From an uncultured Pseudomonadales bacterium (GTDB lineage: Bacteria; Patescibacteriota; Microgenomatia; UBA1400; MFAQ01), in contig CAZWYN010000002.1 of NCBI GenBank assembly GCA_964638575.1, positions 1 to 48,498 of the forward strand: DNA of 48,498 nucleotides. The letters are read 5' to 3'. Under the pieces are notes generated by a model. That model was not told where the DNA came from, searched no databases, and was given only the letters and a program-made list of their open reading frames with translations. Of the stretch, positions 28,684-38,359 are shown one piece after another. Within the stretch, counting starts at the first letter, position 1, and every line of letters begins with the position of its first letter. The position numbers and the translations under genes are program-made.

Positions 28684-29994
28684 CTATCTTCCCCTATCCA
28701 CTCCGTAAAACTTGACCCGATCACCTCTAAACTTCAAATCGATTGTCCCCGACGCACCGTTACGATGTTTGGCAATAGATAGTTTTACGTCCTCCAGATT
28801 ATTTTCATCGTTGCGGTAAAGGAACATTACCACGTCGGCATCCTGCTCAATTGACCCAGACTCACGTAAGTCGGCCAAAACTGGTGTTTTATCCGTTCTG
28901 CTCTCCACTCCTCGATTAAGCTGTGATAGTGCTAAGACCGGAATTTTCAACTCACGTGCCAAGTTCTTTAAGCCCTGGGAAATTGCTCCAACCTCCTGCA
29001 CCCGACTTTCATAATTTTTGTCACCCACACACAGCTGTAAATAGTCGACCACTAGAAGTTTCACTCCAACCTGGGAGTGTAAACGACGGGCTTTTGTCCT
29101 AAGTTCCAAAATCGACTGTCCTGGGGTGTCATCAATGTACAAAGGCGACTCTGCCAACACACCCATTCCCTCTGATAGTTTGGCAAAATCATCATCCTTA
29201 AGATTTCCCGTTTTTAATTTCCATGCGTCAATATTCGCCTGAGACACCAACATTCTGTCGACCATTTCCAAGTTACTCATTTCCAAAGCAAAGTAACCAA
29301 CCGGCATCTTCTTTTCTACAGCCACGTACTGAGCCACATTGGTTGCGAAAGCGGTCTTTCCTATACCCGGTCTGGCTGCCAAAATAATCAAGTTAGAGTC
29401 TTGCATCCCGGCTAGCATCTTGTCCAAGTCTGAAAACCCGGTAGGGACACCACGAAGACCATCGGCAGAGTTTTGTAGCGTGTCTAGACGATCAAAACTC
29501 TCCGCCAGGGCATCCTTAATCGGGATAAAAGATCTCCGCATATTCGTCTGGGACAACGAGTAAATTTCTTGCTCAGCTTTATCCAAAACTTCATTCAGAG
29601 GCTTGCTCTCATCAAAACCCATCTCCCCCATAGTGGCGCCTGCAGAAATCAGCTTTCTCTTTATATATGTTTCACGAACAATTTGAGCATATTTCCCGAC
29701 ATGTGAGGCCACCGGCACCTCATTTGATAGCTCAGATAAATATGATTTTCCTCCTATCCTATCCAGTAATTTTGCCTTTTTAAGCCAGTCGGCAACCGTC
29801 AAGACATCAATCGGGTCGCGGTTTTCATAAAGAGTCACCATTGCTTCAAAAACCGAACCGTTATTTTCACTATAAAACATCTCCGGTCGTAAAAGTACCG
29901 CAATATCGACGATTGCGTCCTTGTCGATCAGAATCGCTCCCAAAATAGATTTTTCCGCCTCATCTGAATGGGGCGGTATCCTTGTGTTAGGCAT
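28684..29994 (-). CDS. dnaB: replicative DNA helicase
   Basis: Contains PPHSDEAEKSILGAIL, GARPGIGKTAF (Walker A) and a RecA-like C-terminal domain. Confidence 0.95.
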   Translation of the reverse strand: MPNTRIPPHSDEAEKSILGAILIDKDAIVDIAVLLRPEMFYSENNGSVFEAMVTLYENRDPIDVLTVADWLKKAKLLDRIGGKSYLSELSNEVPVASHVGKYAQIVRETYIKRKLISAGATMGEMGFDESKPLNEVLDKAEQEIYSLSQTNMRRSFIPIKDALAESFDRLDTLQNSADGLRGVPTGFSDLDKMLAGMQDSNLIILAARPGIGKTAFATNVAQYVAVEKKMPVGYFALEMSNLEMVDRMLVSQANIDAWKLKTGNLKDDDFAKLSEGMGVLAESPLYIDDTPGQSILELRTKARRLHSQVGVKLLVVDYLQLCVGDKNYESRVQEVGAISQGLKNLARELKIPVLALSQLNRGVESRTDKTPVLADLRESGSIEQDADVVMFLYRNDENNLEDVKLSIAKHRNGASGTIDLKFRGDRVKFYGVDRGR

Positions 29995-30652
29995 TCATTA
30001 TTAGTACTTGAGTATCATCGGGCAGACTTCCTTCGTCTACTTTTATCTTATGCAAGGCTTCTCCGGCTACTAAAAATTTATTCTTGTCTAAAAACTCTTC
30101 CAGGGTGTGTTTTCCTGACCATTCTTCCGTCATTCCGGCGACTTTGTAGTGCATGGGGATTACATAAGATGGCTGGATGTCTTTAATAAGATCCATTACT
30201 TCATTTGTCTCTAGGACCGTTACCCCACCCACACCTACCATCAACACATCTACCGAACCTATCTTTTCAATCTGTGCCTCGGAAAGTTTGTGCCCCAAAT
30301 CTCCCAGATGTAAAATGTTCAACCCGTCCATTCTTACATTCATAATTAGGTTCTTTCCTCTTTCGGCTCCCTCCTCTTTATCGTGATACATCTTGGTCGC
30401 CGCTATCTCTACACCCCCGATTTCGTACTCCCCCTCTTTATCAATTACAAATGTATCCTGACGAGTAACTGGGCCGGTTACGTTTTCCAATGCATTATGG
30501 TCATCGTGATTGTGAGAAATAGTCACAATATCGGCCACCTCTTTCGCAAAAGGCAGACCAACCATCTCACTTTTAAAAGGATCCATAACAATTGTCATCC
30601 CTTCTTTATTTTTTAACTTAAAACACGAGTGGCCAAGATATGTGATTTCCAT
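29987..30652 (-). CDS. metallo-beta-lactamase-fold hydrolase (UPF0173-like)
   Basis: Contains MEITYLGHSCFKL and ISHNHDDH. The ORF extends to 30736, but the family N-terminus matches the ATG at 30652. Confidence 0.8.
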   Translation of the reverse strand: MEITYLGHSCFKLKNKEGMTIVMDPFKSEMVGLPFAKEVADIVTISHNHDDHNALENVTGPVTRQDTFVIDKEGEYEIGGVEIAATKMYHDKEEGAERGKNLIMNVRMDGLNILHLGDLGHKLSEAQIEKIGSVDVLMVGVGGVTVLETNEVMDLIKDIQPSYVIPMHYKVAGMTEEWSGKHTLEEFLDKNKFLVAGEALHKIKVDEGSLPDDTQVLIMNA

Positions 30653-30762
30653 GAAACAATAATACCACAGCGCCCACCCAAGAACCCGAAGGGATTGTGG
30701 TGTCAACAACCTTAAAACTTGCAAATGTGGTTCCAAACTGTTATCCTTTCACTCGAAAGCCT

Positions 30763-31200
30763 ATGCGTAAAGAAGTCATTCTAGCCGTAATCATTGGGGT
30801 AATCCTCGGAGGAGTCATCCTCTATGGTATTAACCTCGCCAACACCTCTTCTTCTAAGATCAACCAAGGTAACACCGAAACAGAAAAGGGCACTTCAAAG
30901 GTCACTCCCTCCTCCTCAAAAAAACCGGATAATCTAATCTCCATCCTCTTTCCCCCAAACAACTCTGTTGTCACCGAAGCCCAGCTTACCCTCAAAGGCA
31001 CAACCAAGCCCAACGTGAACATCGCCATTATCTCCGAAAGTGATGATATCCTCACCACGTCCGATAAATCCGGCAATTTTTCGGAAGCCATTAACTTAAT
31101 TTCAGGAGAAAACATCATCACCATCACCATTGTCGACGACAAGCAAGCCACCTCTTCTTCCACCATTACCGTTATTCGCACCACCACCCTACCCGAATAA
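30763..31200 (+). CDS. membrane-anchored extracytoplasmic protein (Ig-like beta domain?)
   Basis: MRKEVILAVIIGVILGGVILYG is the anchor, followed by a Ser/Thr-rich linker and a beta-rich domain. The ORF opens at 30697. Confidence 0.5.
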   Translation: MRKEVILAVIIGVILGGVILYGINLANTSSSKINQGNTETEKGTSKVTPSSSKKPDNLISILFPPNNSVVTEAQLTLKGTTKPNVNIAIISESDDILTTSDKSGNFSEAINLISGENIITITIVDDKQATSSSTITVIRTTTLPE

Positions 31201-31201
31201 A

Positions 31202-31837
31202 ATGAAAAAACTTTTTTTATCCCTCTCCGCCATTTTTCTCAGTCTTGTTTTTGTTCAGCCCGTAATGGCTATCACGGCAACACCCTCGGCCACCCCAACT
31301 CCTGATATAGAGGAAAAATATAAACTGATTGTTCAAGAAAATGTCTCCAGTATTGCTGCCAAATTACAAGAAAAGGTTAATCTCATGTCTCTTGTCGGCT
31401 ACGTTGGTAAAATCACCACCATTAGTTCGGGAAACTTAACCGTGGACTCGCATGGTGTTCTTCTTCAAGTTACCTCTACCACCAAAACAGTCTATTTTAA
31501 AAATAATTCCCCCATCAAAGTTACCTCTCTCGCCATCGGTGACAAAGTCATTATCATTGGTACCTCCATTAAAGACGGCATTGTTCAAGCCAAAAGAGTC
31601 TCGGTTATCAAAGACGAACCGATACTTGTAAAAACAACTGCTGTAATTGCCAAAGTCGTCTCCGTAGACATCAAAAAGAAAACTCTTACCCTAACTATTA
31701 ATGGTGCCGATCAAACTCTGGCCCTCTCCAAAAAATCCACCGTCAAGCTTGACCAACTCCAAGCCGATCAAGTCATTCTGGGTATCGTTAAAGAATATGA
31801 TGGTAACCTCTCCATCTCCCGCGCCAAAACCCTTTAG
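31202..31837 (+). CDS. secreted protein, function unknown
   Basis: MKKLFLSLSAIFLSLVFVQPVMA is a signal peptide, followed by repeated beta-rich modules. The ORF opens at 31130 with an implausible Pro-rich extension. Confidence 0.55.
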   Translation: MKKLFLSLSAIFLSLVFVQPVMAITATPSATPTPDIEEKYKLIVQENVSSIAAKLQEKVNLMSLVGYVGKITTISSGNLTVDSHGVLLQVTSTTKTVYFKNNSPIKVTSLAIGDKVIIIGTSIKDGIVQAKRVSVIKDEPILVKTTAVIAKVVSVDIKKKTLTLTINGADQTLALSKKSTVKLDQLQADQVILGIVKEYDGNLSISRAKTL

Positions 31838-31856
31838 CTTAGGCTAAAATGGATTA

Positions 31857-32729
31857 ATGCCCCGGTCCAATAACCGCACCCTTGCCTACGCCATTCTTTT
31901 GTTAAACACCGCTCTCTGGGGTTTCTCCGTACCTATCATCAAGTACTCCTTCCAATTCACCTCTCCTTCTCTTTTTCTTTTCTATCGCTATTTTATTGCC
32001 GCTGCTCTTTTTCTCCCTGTCTTTCTCCTCTACCGCTCCAGAAAACACCACCGCGTCAATCACCTGAAAACGGTTGGCATTGCCCTTCTCGGCACCCCTC
32101 TTTGTTTACTTCCCCTTTTTTATGGTCTTAATCAAACCTCCGCTATCGAAGCCTCCATCCTTGAGTCCAGCAGCCCCATTTTCACCATCGTTATGGCCAT
32201 TCTTTTCCTTGGCGAAAAACTAAAACCGAAGGAAACAAAAGGTCTTTTAATCGCCTTGTTCGGAACTGCCATCATTGCCTTTGAACCCCTTCTCACCGGC
32301 TATAATCATGTCCAGCTATCTCTCCAGGGTAACCTCTTAATCATTCTAAGCAATATTATCTGGACTTCTTTCCTCCTCTTGTCCAAAAAATTCAAGACAG
32401 ACCCTGTCTACCTTTCCTTTTACTCTTTTATTGTCAGTATTCCCTTTTTCTTCCTTGTACACTCTTCTCAAGGTCTCTCTTTCGCTCTCAATATCGAAGC
32501 CCTTCCCAGCATTCTCTACATGGCCATCGGAGGCTCCATCATCGCTTTCTGGGCCTACCAAGAAGGCCAGAAACGTATCGAGGCGTCCGAAGCGGCCATC
32601 TTCACCTATCTCAAACCCGCCTTCGCCATTCCCCTTTCTATATTATGGCTTAAAGAAGCTTTCTCTCCCGTCGCTATCGTGGCTACGTTCCTCATCATTG
32701 TGGGTGTTTTTATCTCCGAAAAACGCTAA
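31857..32729 (+). CDS. EamA/DMT-family transporter
   Basis: 290 aa with 10 TM helices and a duplicated EamA-type layout. Confidence 0.8.
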   Translation: MPRSNNRTLAYAILLLNTALWGFSVPIIKYSFQFTSPSLFLFYRYFIAAALFLPVFLLYRSRKHHRVNHLKTVGIALLGTPLCLLPLFYGLNQTSAIEASILESSSPIFTIVMAILFLGEKLKPKETKGLLIALFGTAIIAFEPLLTGYNHVQLSLQGNLLIILSNIIWTSFLLLSKKFKTDPVYLSFYSFIVSIPFFFLVHSSQGLSFALNIEALPSILYMAIGGSIIAFWAYQEGQKRIEASEAAIFTYLKPAFAIPLSILWLKEAFSPVAIVATFLIIVGVFISEKR

Positions 32730-32734
32730 CTTCC

Positions 32735-32763
32735 TTGACTATCTAGCTTCTCCATGCTACTAT
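32735..32763 (+). promoter_or_regulatory. sigma-70-type promoter
   Basis: TTGACT, 17 nt, TACTAT. A GGAGGAG SD lies at 32802-32808. Confidence 0.5.
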
Positions 32764-32813
32764 AGGCCATCAATTTGCAACCTAAAATTCTAACTTGAAT
32801 CGGAGGAGAAATA

Positions 32814-33005
32814 ATGTTTCTCAAAATTTTCTGCCTACTAGCTGGGGTTATCCTTCTCGGAACCGGTGCCCTAATGACCGAAGAAAAGGTGTCAGAACGT
32901 TATAATGTCTACAAAATGATTATTGGTGCGGAGATTGCCTTCGTCGGCTTGATTACCATTGCCCTGTCCTTACTTGCCATCTTTCCTCAGCTATTACCTT
33001 TCTAA
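32814..33005 (+). CDS. small two-helix membrane protein (63 aa)
   Basis: It has its own promoter, SD and terminator, and two hydrophobic helices. Confidence 0.5.
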   Translation: MFLKIFCLLAGVILLGTGALMTEEKVSERYNVYKMIIGAEIAFVGLITIALSLLAIFPQLLPF

Positions 33006-33018
33006 GATACTCTTCTGC

Positions 33019-33043
33019 GAGCCCCATACGGGGCTCTTTTTTT
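33019..33043 (+). terminator. rho-independent terminator
   Basis: GAGCCCC-ATAC-GGGGCTC followed by T7. Confidence 0.7.
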
Positions 33044-33072
33044 GTGCCAAAACTAGCCTCCTGTGATACAAT

Positions 33073-33417
33073 ATGAAGGCTATGAAACAGAATCTACATC
33101 CTGAATACCAAGAAACTACCATTACCTGCGCTTGCGGGAATGTTTTTACCGTCGGTGGAACCTCGAAAGCACTCCACGTCGACGTGTGTGACAAGTGTCA
33201 CCCCTTCTTTACCGGCACCCAAAGATTCATCGACTCCATGGGTCGTGTTGATAAATTCATTGCCAAACGTAAAGCCGCTGTTGGCTACGTCAAAAAAGGC
33301 AAAGAGAAAAAAGAGGCCGACACCAACCCCAAAACTCTCAAAGAAATGCTAGAGGCCAAGAAAAAGGCCGAGGCCAAAGCCGTTGAGTCCAAAGTTGAAG
33401 AAGTCTCAGCCGAGTAG
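33073..33417 (+). CDS. rpmE: 50S ribosomal protein L31 with a Lys/Glu-rich C-terminal tail
   Basis: MKQNLHPEY...CACGNVF...[10 protein letters not shown]. The family-typical start is the second ATG at 33082. Confidence 0.88.
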   Translation: MKAMKQNLHPEYQETTITCACGNVFTVGGTSKALHVDVCDKCHPFFTGTQRFIDSMGRVDKFIAKRKAAVGYVKKGKEKKEADTNPKTLKEMLEAKKKAEAKAVESKVEEVSAE

Positions 33418-33471
33418 CTGAAGCCCGCTTTAAAAGCGTCTCCCTTACCAAGGTACAATTAATCTAATACT

Positions 33472-34392
33472 ATGGATAATCCGTACATTGCTTCCGAAAT
33501 CACCCGTATTGAAAATGAAATCAGCGCTAACGAGGCGTTAATCAATGATCCTGACTTAGGAGCTCTCGCCAAGCAAGAAATCGACAAGCTCCAGAAACAA
33601 CTTGAGTCTCTTCAAAACAGTCAGACCTCCAAAGAGGAAGAGACCGAAGACTCCGAAAACTTCAGCGAGTCCCCTGCCATTGTTGAAATTCGTGGTGCCG
33701 CTGGAGGTGACGAATCAAAAATTTTTGCCAACGACCTACTCCGAATGTACACTCGCTTCGCCCAGGAAAAAGGTTTTACTGTTGAAAATATCGATGATGG
33801 CATTGTCAAGTTCTCTCGCCCCAATCGAAGCCTGTGGAATCATGGTGCTTTTGAGACCTTTCAATATGAATCAGGAGTTCATCGAGTACAGCGAGTCCCC
33901 GTCACCGAAGCCCAAGGACGCATTCAAACCTCTACGGCAACAGTCGCCGTTCTTCCCGAAGTAAAACCAACCCAAGTGGAGCTTCTAGATAGCGATCTTG
34001 ACTGGCAGTTCACCAGAGCCGGAGGTCCGGGCGGTCAAAACGTCAACAAGGTCAACACCGCCGTCCGCCTTACTCACAAACCTACCGGCATCACCGTCTT
34101 TGTTCACGAAGAAAGGTATCAGGCCAGAAACAAAGAAATCGCCCTCAACATGATCCGCTCCAAAATCTGGCAGCTGCAGGAAGAAAAACGCCTTAGTGCC
34201 CTCTCCGACAAACGATCTCTAGCCGTTGGTTCTGGTATGCGCGCCGAAAAAGTCAAAACTTACAACTTTCCCCAGAACCGGCTTACTGACCATCGCCTTG
34301 GTAAATCCTGGCACAATCTCAAAGAAATCATGGAGGGTAATCTGGAAAACGTCTTTGAATTCACCATCGCCGAGTTCGCCAATCTTGACTAA
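33472..34392 (+). CDS. prfA: peptide chain release factor 1 (short N-terminal domain)
   Basis: Contains the PVT tripeptide ([17 protein letters not shown]) and the GGQ motif ([19 protein letters not shown]). At 306 aa it is shorter than the usual roughly 355 aa. Confidence 0.88.
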   Translation: MDNPYIASEITRIENEISANEALINDPDLGALAKQEIDKLQKQLESLQNSQTSKEEETEDSENFSESPAIVEIRGAAGGDESKIFANDLLRMYTRFAQEKGFTVENIDDGIVKFSRPNRSLWNHGAFETFQYESGVHRVQRVPVTEAQGRIQTSTATVAVLPEVKPTQVELLDSDLDWQFTRAGGPGGQNVNKVNTAVRLTHKPTGITVFVHEERYQARNKEIALNMIRSKIWQLQEEKRLSALSDKRSLAVGSGMRAEKVKTYNFPQNRLTDHRLGKSWHNLKEIMEGNLENVFEFTIAEFANLD

Positions 34393-34418
34393 ACACCCGT
34401 CGCTGATAAAAAACGGGG

Positions 34419-35630
34419 TTAATTTTTCGCAATGATTACACCCTTCAATACTTCCAACGCTTTATCAAGTTGGTTATCTGCCGTTGGATTTTTTTCGTCA
34501 TAGACATACTTAATCGTCACATCCGGCTCAAGACCATCACCGTGAATATTCTTTCCCGATGGTAAAAGCCACTCAGCCACAGTGACATGCAAACCCGAAC
34601 CGTCAGGTAGTTCTTGAGCCTCCTGCACCGTTCCTTTGCCAAAACTCTTCTCGCCCACCAACTTAACTCCTAAATTTTCTCTCAGAGCTCCGGCCAAAAT
34701 CTCCGACGCCGACGCCGATCCCTTATTAATAAGTACTACCAGGGGCATTCCGATTAGTTTTCCGTTGCGGTTAACATTCATCGCTTCCGTTTTAAATTTG
34801 TCTCTTTGTTTCACAATTACGCCACTGGAAATAAACTCGCTTCCCAGGTCAACGGCTCTTTGTAAATATCCACCTGGGTTATTTCGAAGATCCAAAATTA
34901 CTCCGGTCGCATTTTTACTCTTTACTTCTGCCACAATTTTGTTCCATTCCGTTAGTGTCTGCTCACCAAACTTACTTACGGTAATTACGGCCACTCTTCC
35001 GTCATCGATCCATTTAATCTCGGAAGAAGGAACTTTGATTGTATCGCGCACCAAAGTTACCTCTTTGGATGTTTTATCCCCTTCTCTAAACATGGTTAGG
35101 ATTACTTCAGTTCCCTTTTCTCCTCTAATTAAATTGACGGCGTCTGTTACTGTGATACCCGAAGTATCCTTATCAACATTGTTTTTCTTATCAGTAATAT
35201 TCAAAATCAAGTCCCCTGCCCTGACTCCCGCTCTCATGGCTGGGCTATCTTTTAACGGAGCGATTACCGCTAATGTCTTATCAATAAATCCCAGTTCGAT
35301 TCCCACTCCGCCAAACTCTCCTGAAAGATCTTCTTTGGATCTACTGTTGTCTACCGGTGGAAAAAAATTTGTGTAAGGATCACCCAAAGATCTCGTCATT
35401 CCCTCGGTAGCTCCATACATTAGTTTCGTCGCCTCAATATCCTCAGTTTTGAGATAACTTTCCTTCAGCCTTCCTAAAACATCATTCATCGATGTCGTGT
35501 CAATCGCCGTCAAAGACCTAACTTTTTGTCCTGCTTTCCACTCACCCAACCTAAACCCTCCATACACTAAACCCCCGGAAATAATGATAACCAGAAGCAA
35601 CTGCCTAATTTTTTTTAGGTTCATGGACAA
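34419..35630 (-). CDS. S41-family carboxy-terminal processing peptidase with a PDZ domain
   Basis: It has an N-terminal anchor, a PDZ domain (GVRAGDLIL) and the catalytic region LINKGSASASEILAGAL. Confidence 0.88.
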   Translation of the reverse strand: MSMNLKKIRQLLLVIIISGGLVYGGFRLGEWKAGQKVRSLTAIDTTSMNDVLGRLKESYLKTEDIEATKLMYGATEGMTRSLGDPYTNFFPPVDNSRSKEDLSGEFGGVGIELGFIDKTLAVIAPLKDSPAMRAGVRAGDLILNITDKKNNVDKDTSGITVTDAVNLIRGEKGTEVILTMFREGDKTSKEVTLVRDTIKVPSSEIKWIDDGRVAVITVSKFGEQTLTEWNKIVAEVKSKNATGVILDLRNNPGGYLQRAVDLGSEFISSGVIVKQRDKFKTEAMNVNRNGKLIGMPLVVLINKGSASASEILAGALRENLGVKLVGEKSFGKGTVQEAQELPDGSGLHVTVAEWLLPSGKNIHGDGLEPDVTIKYVYDEKNPTADNQLDKALEVLKGVIIAKN

Positions 35631-35652
35631 AAACAGATATTAAATTTGCTAA

Positions 35653-35883
35653 TTAAACTTTATCGGTCACAGGGAGAAGAGCCAAGTGTCTGGCACGTTT
35701 GATGGAACGGGCTAGCCTGAGCTGGTGTTTTTCACAAACACCGGTGGTCCAGCGAGACACGATTCTCTTCTTAGGCGACACGCCAATTGCGAGAGACTCG
35801 AGGTCGGAGTATATCGGCTCGGTTTTCTTTACGCAAAATGGACATGGCTTACTTGACTTTCTGATTTTCTTTTTGGTGATCAT
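35653..35883 (-). CDS. rpsR: 30S ribosomal protein S18
   Basis: CPFC...YSDLESL...RLARSIKRARHLALLP, in the rpsF-ssb-rpsR order. Confidence 0.9.
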   Translation of the reverse strand: MITKKKIRKSSKPCPFCVKKTEPIYSDLESLAIGVSPKKRIVSRWTTGVCEKHQLRLARSIKRARHLALLPVTDKV

Positions 35884-35905
35884 TTTATTTTTATATATCT
35901 AATAT

Positions 35906-36418
35906 TTAGAAAGGAATCTCATCAGACTCCTCTACTGCTTCTTCTTTTTTCGACTTTTTTTCAGTCTTGTCTTCTTTCTCAGGATTAAACACTTCTTCGG
36001 CTGCAGTAACGTCGGCTATTGGTGAAACAACATCGTCTGAACTGTAGTGAGTTTCATATCCGCCCTCAGGACGATCGCCCTTAGGAGAGTCCAAAAGAAT
36101 CATTTCATCGATTACGACTTCGGTTACTTGTCTATCGGCACCATCTTGGCTTTTCCAAGCCCTGGTCTGTAAACGACCTTCTACATAAACCTTGCGGCCC
36201 TTGGACATTAGCTGAGAACAAATCTCACCCAACTTTCCCCAAGCCACAATGCGGTGAAACTCTGCCCCTTCTTGTTTCTGGCCGCTTGAGTCCGTCCACT
36301 CGCGATTTGTAGCCAAACCAAAAGTGCAGACTCCGGTTCCCGAAGGAGTGTATTTCAACTCGGGGTCGCGGGTCAGGTTACCAATTAACTGAACTTTATT
36401 TAAACTTCTTGTACTCAT
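35906..36418 (-). CDS. ssb: single-stranded DNA-binding protein
   Basis: It has an OB fold (NKVQLIGNLTRDPELKYT) and an acidic tail ending DEIPF. Confidence 0.92.
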   Translation of the reverse strand: MSTRSLNKVQLIGNLTRDPELKYTPSGTGVCTFGLATNREWTDSSGQKQEGAEFHRIVAWGKLGEICSQLMSKGRKVYVEGRLQTRAWKSQDGADRQVTEVVIDEMILLDSPKGDRPEGGYETHYSSDDVVSPIADVTAAEEVFNPEKEDKTEKKSKKEEAVEESDEIPF

Positions 36419-36435
36419 TTTTTCCTCCTCTTTTT

Positions 36436-36756
36436 TTAAATCCTAATCAATAGATATCTTAACAGTTTGTCATCCATCTGCAAATCTCTTTCCAGTTCTT
36501 TAGCTGCAGTTGGAGCGCCTTCGATGGTCAGTTTGAGGTAGTATCCTCTGTTCTGTTTTTTAATCTCGTAAGCCATGGTTTTCGTTCCCCACTTATCAAC
36601 CTCCACTACTTTCAAAGCGCGTTTCTTGCACTTCTCGGTAATGGCTTTTTCTGCGCCGATTTCATTCTCGGAAACAGGATAAATGACAACGAGCTCGTAC
36701 TTGTTTAAGGTCGAACCCATGGACGGTTTGGTTTCGGTTGTCTTTGTTTTTTTCAC
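36436..36756 (-). CDS. rpsF: 30S ribosomal protein S6
   Basis: YELVVIY...WGTKTMAYEIKKQNRGYY, located upstream of ssb. Confidence 0.88.
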   Translation of the reverse strand: MKKTKTTETKPSMGSTLNKYELVVIYPVSENEIGAEKAITEKCKKRALKVVEVDKWGTKTMAYEIKKQNRGYYLKLTIEGAPTAAKELERDLQMDDKLLRYLLIRI

Positions 36757-36801
36757 CTTTTTTGGTTTTTAATAACAAGATATTCTACCATAGATAGCCA
36801 C

Positions 36802-36831
36802 AAAAAACCCTCTAAGATTAGTCTTAGAGGG
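36802..36831 (-). terminator. rho-independent terminator
   Basis: A perfect 10-bp stem, CCCTCTAAGA/TCTTAGAGGG, is followed by T6 on the minus strand. Confidence 0.65.
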
Positions 36832-36844
36832 AATAACTTTCCTG

Positions 36845-37075
36845 TCATCCATTAAGTAGCGACAGGATGAATACCACAAACATAGCGATGGCCAATACAG
36901 CAAAGGCCAAAAATAGATACTTTGCCGCTTTTGGACTGACTGGTAGCCCATTGTTAAAACCCTGAATCCTCAGGACACAAGCCGCGGCCAAAACAAAAAA
37001 CCCTAACGAGGACCCGCAAAACAAAGTCGCCATCTCTCCTCCGCATGTCAATGTATACCCTGTAATATAACACAA
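36845..37075 (-). CDS. possible small membrane protein
   Basis: Two hydrophobic helices, located between ychF and a strong terminator. The start is uncertain and there is no motif. Confidence 0.3.
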   Translation of the reverse strand: MCYITGYTLTCGGEMATLFCGSSLGFFVLAAACVLRIQGFNNGLPVSPKAAKYLFLAFAVLAIAMFVVFILSLLNG

Positions 37076-37095
37076 TTGTGCCTAAAAGTCAAATC

Positions 37096-38142
37096 TTACC
37101 CCCCAATCATAAACTCCACCACGTCACCATCCTTCATCTCATACTCTTTCCCCTCAAACCTCACCCTACCTTTGTCTGCCGCCTCTTTCCAGCCACCAGC
37201 TTCCACAAATTTATCATAGTCGCACACCTTAGCTTTGATAAATTTCTTTTCAAAATCGGTGTGAATTACACCTGCCGCCTGTGGAGCTTTCGTCCCCTTG
37301 GTAATAGTCCAAGCCCTACTCTCCATCTCTCCGGTCGTCAAAAAGGAAATCAGACCCAAACTACTGTAGGCCTTTTTAATTAAAAGATCTAAACCGCTTT
37401 CCTTGATCCCCAACTCGGCCATATATGCCTTGGCATCTACCTCGTCCAAACTCGACAACTCCGACTCCACCTTTGCACTTATATATAGTGCATCCCCCAT
37501 TGGTTCACGCAAATGAGGATCTGTTTCCGCCACGTTATAAACTCGGATTTCCTTCTTGGCTGTCAGTAAAAATAGGTCACGCGCCAACTCTAAACCAGCT
37601 TCATCTTTCAGAATTTCTCTAGCCGGCTTGCCCTCATTCAGTCCGGCAAAAAGCTTCTCCACGACTGCCTTCTTTTTTTCTGCCCCTTTGGCTTTGATAT
37701 CTTTACTCTCCATAGCTCTACTCACTGTCTCCAAATCCTTCAATATTAGCTCTGTCTCCACGACACTGTAATCAGTTTCTGGGTCAACCGAACCCTCCTT
37801 TACAATTTCTGAGTCTTCAAAATCCCTCATAACTTGTAAAATCACGTCTACTTCCCGAATATGGGTCAAAAACTTGTTTCCTAGGCCTGCTCCGGTTGCT
37901 GCTCCAGCCACCAAACCAGCAATGTCCACAAACTCCACCGTAGCTGGAACAATCCTGCCCGAGTGAGAGATATCCGAAAGCACCTTAAGACGCTCGTCAG
38001 GCACCTCTACTACTCCTATATTGGGTTCTATCGTTGCAAAGGGGTAATTTGCCACCAAAGCTTGCTGACGCTTCAAAAGCGCGTTAAAAAGCGTGGACTT
38101 CCCCACGTTTGGTAAACCAACTATTCCGATTTTTAATCCCAT
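37096..38142 (-). CDS. ychF: ribosome-binding ATPase YchF
   Basis: Contains IGIVGLPNVGKSTLFNAL and a TGS-like C-terminus (GVIHTDFEKKFIKAKV). Confidence 0.93.
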   Translation of the reverse strand: MGLKIGIVGLPNVGKSTLFNALLKRQQALVANYPFATIEPNIGVVEVPDERLKVLSDISHSGRIVPATVEFVDIAGLVAGAATGAGLGNKFLTHIREVDVILQVMRDFEDSEIVKEGSVDPETDYSVVETELILKDLETVSRAMESKDIKAKGAEKKKAVVEKLFAGLNEGKPAREILKDEAGLELARDLFLLTAKKEIRVYNVAETDPHLREPMGDALYISAKVESELSSLDEVDAKAYMAELGIKESGLDLLIKKAYSSLGLISFLTTGEMESRAWTITKGTKAPQAAGVIHTDFEKKFIKAKVCDYDKFVEAGGWKEAADKGRVRFEGKEYEMKDGDVVEFMIGG

Positions 38143-38298
38143 TTTGATTATTTTATCCTAAATCAACGCCAACTATTTAGTTGTTTCCACCCTTTTCCAT
38201 AAAATGGATAGTGACTGCCTCAAAAAAAGTAATTTAAAAAAATATAATTGAAACCTACAGGAGAAGATCACTAGAAATTTGTTTTGACGCCAAGGACA

Positions 38299-38330
38299 TA
38301 AAAAAGGCCCCCCGATTCAATCGAGAGGCC
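38299..38330 (-). terminator. rho-independent terminator
   Basis: The minus-strand RNA is GGCCUCUCGAU-UGA-AUCGGGGGGCC (with G-U pairs) followed by U6. Confidence 0.65.
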
Positions 38331-38359
38331 AAGAGAGAAAGTGACCAAGAATTTAAAAA

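Noticed and set aside
30653-30736. An N-terminal extension of the MBL-fold hydrolase ORF
   Set aside because: The family-typical start MEITYLGHSCF is at 30652. The extension would collide with the divergent gene's upstream region.
31130-31201. A Pro-rich N-terminal extension of the secreted-protein ORF
   Set aside because: It overlaps the preceding gene. The ATG at 31202 is followed by a textbook signal peptide.
34636-35376. A 246-aa plus-strand ORF
   Set aside because: It is antisense to the S41 peptidase gene and its Ser/Leu/Pro-rich product is typical of a shadow frame.
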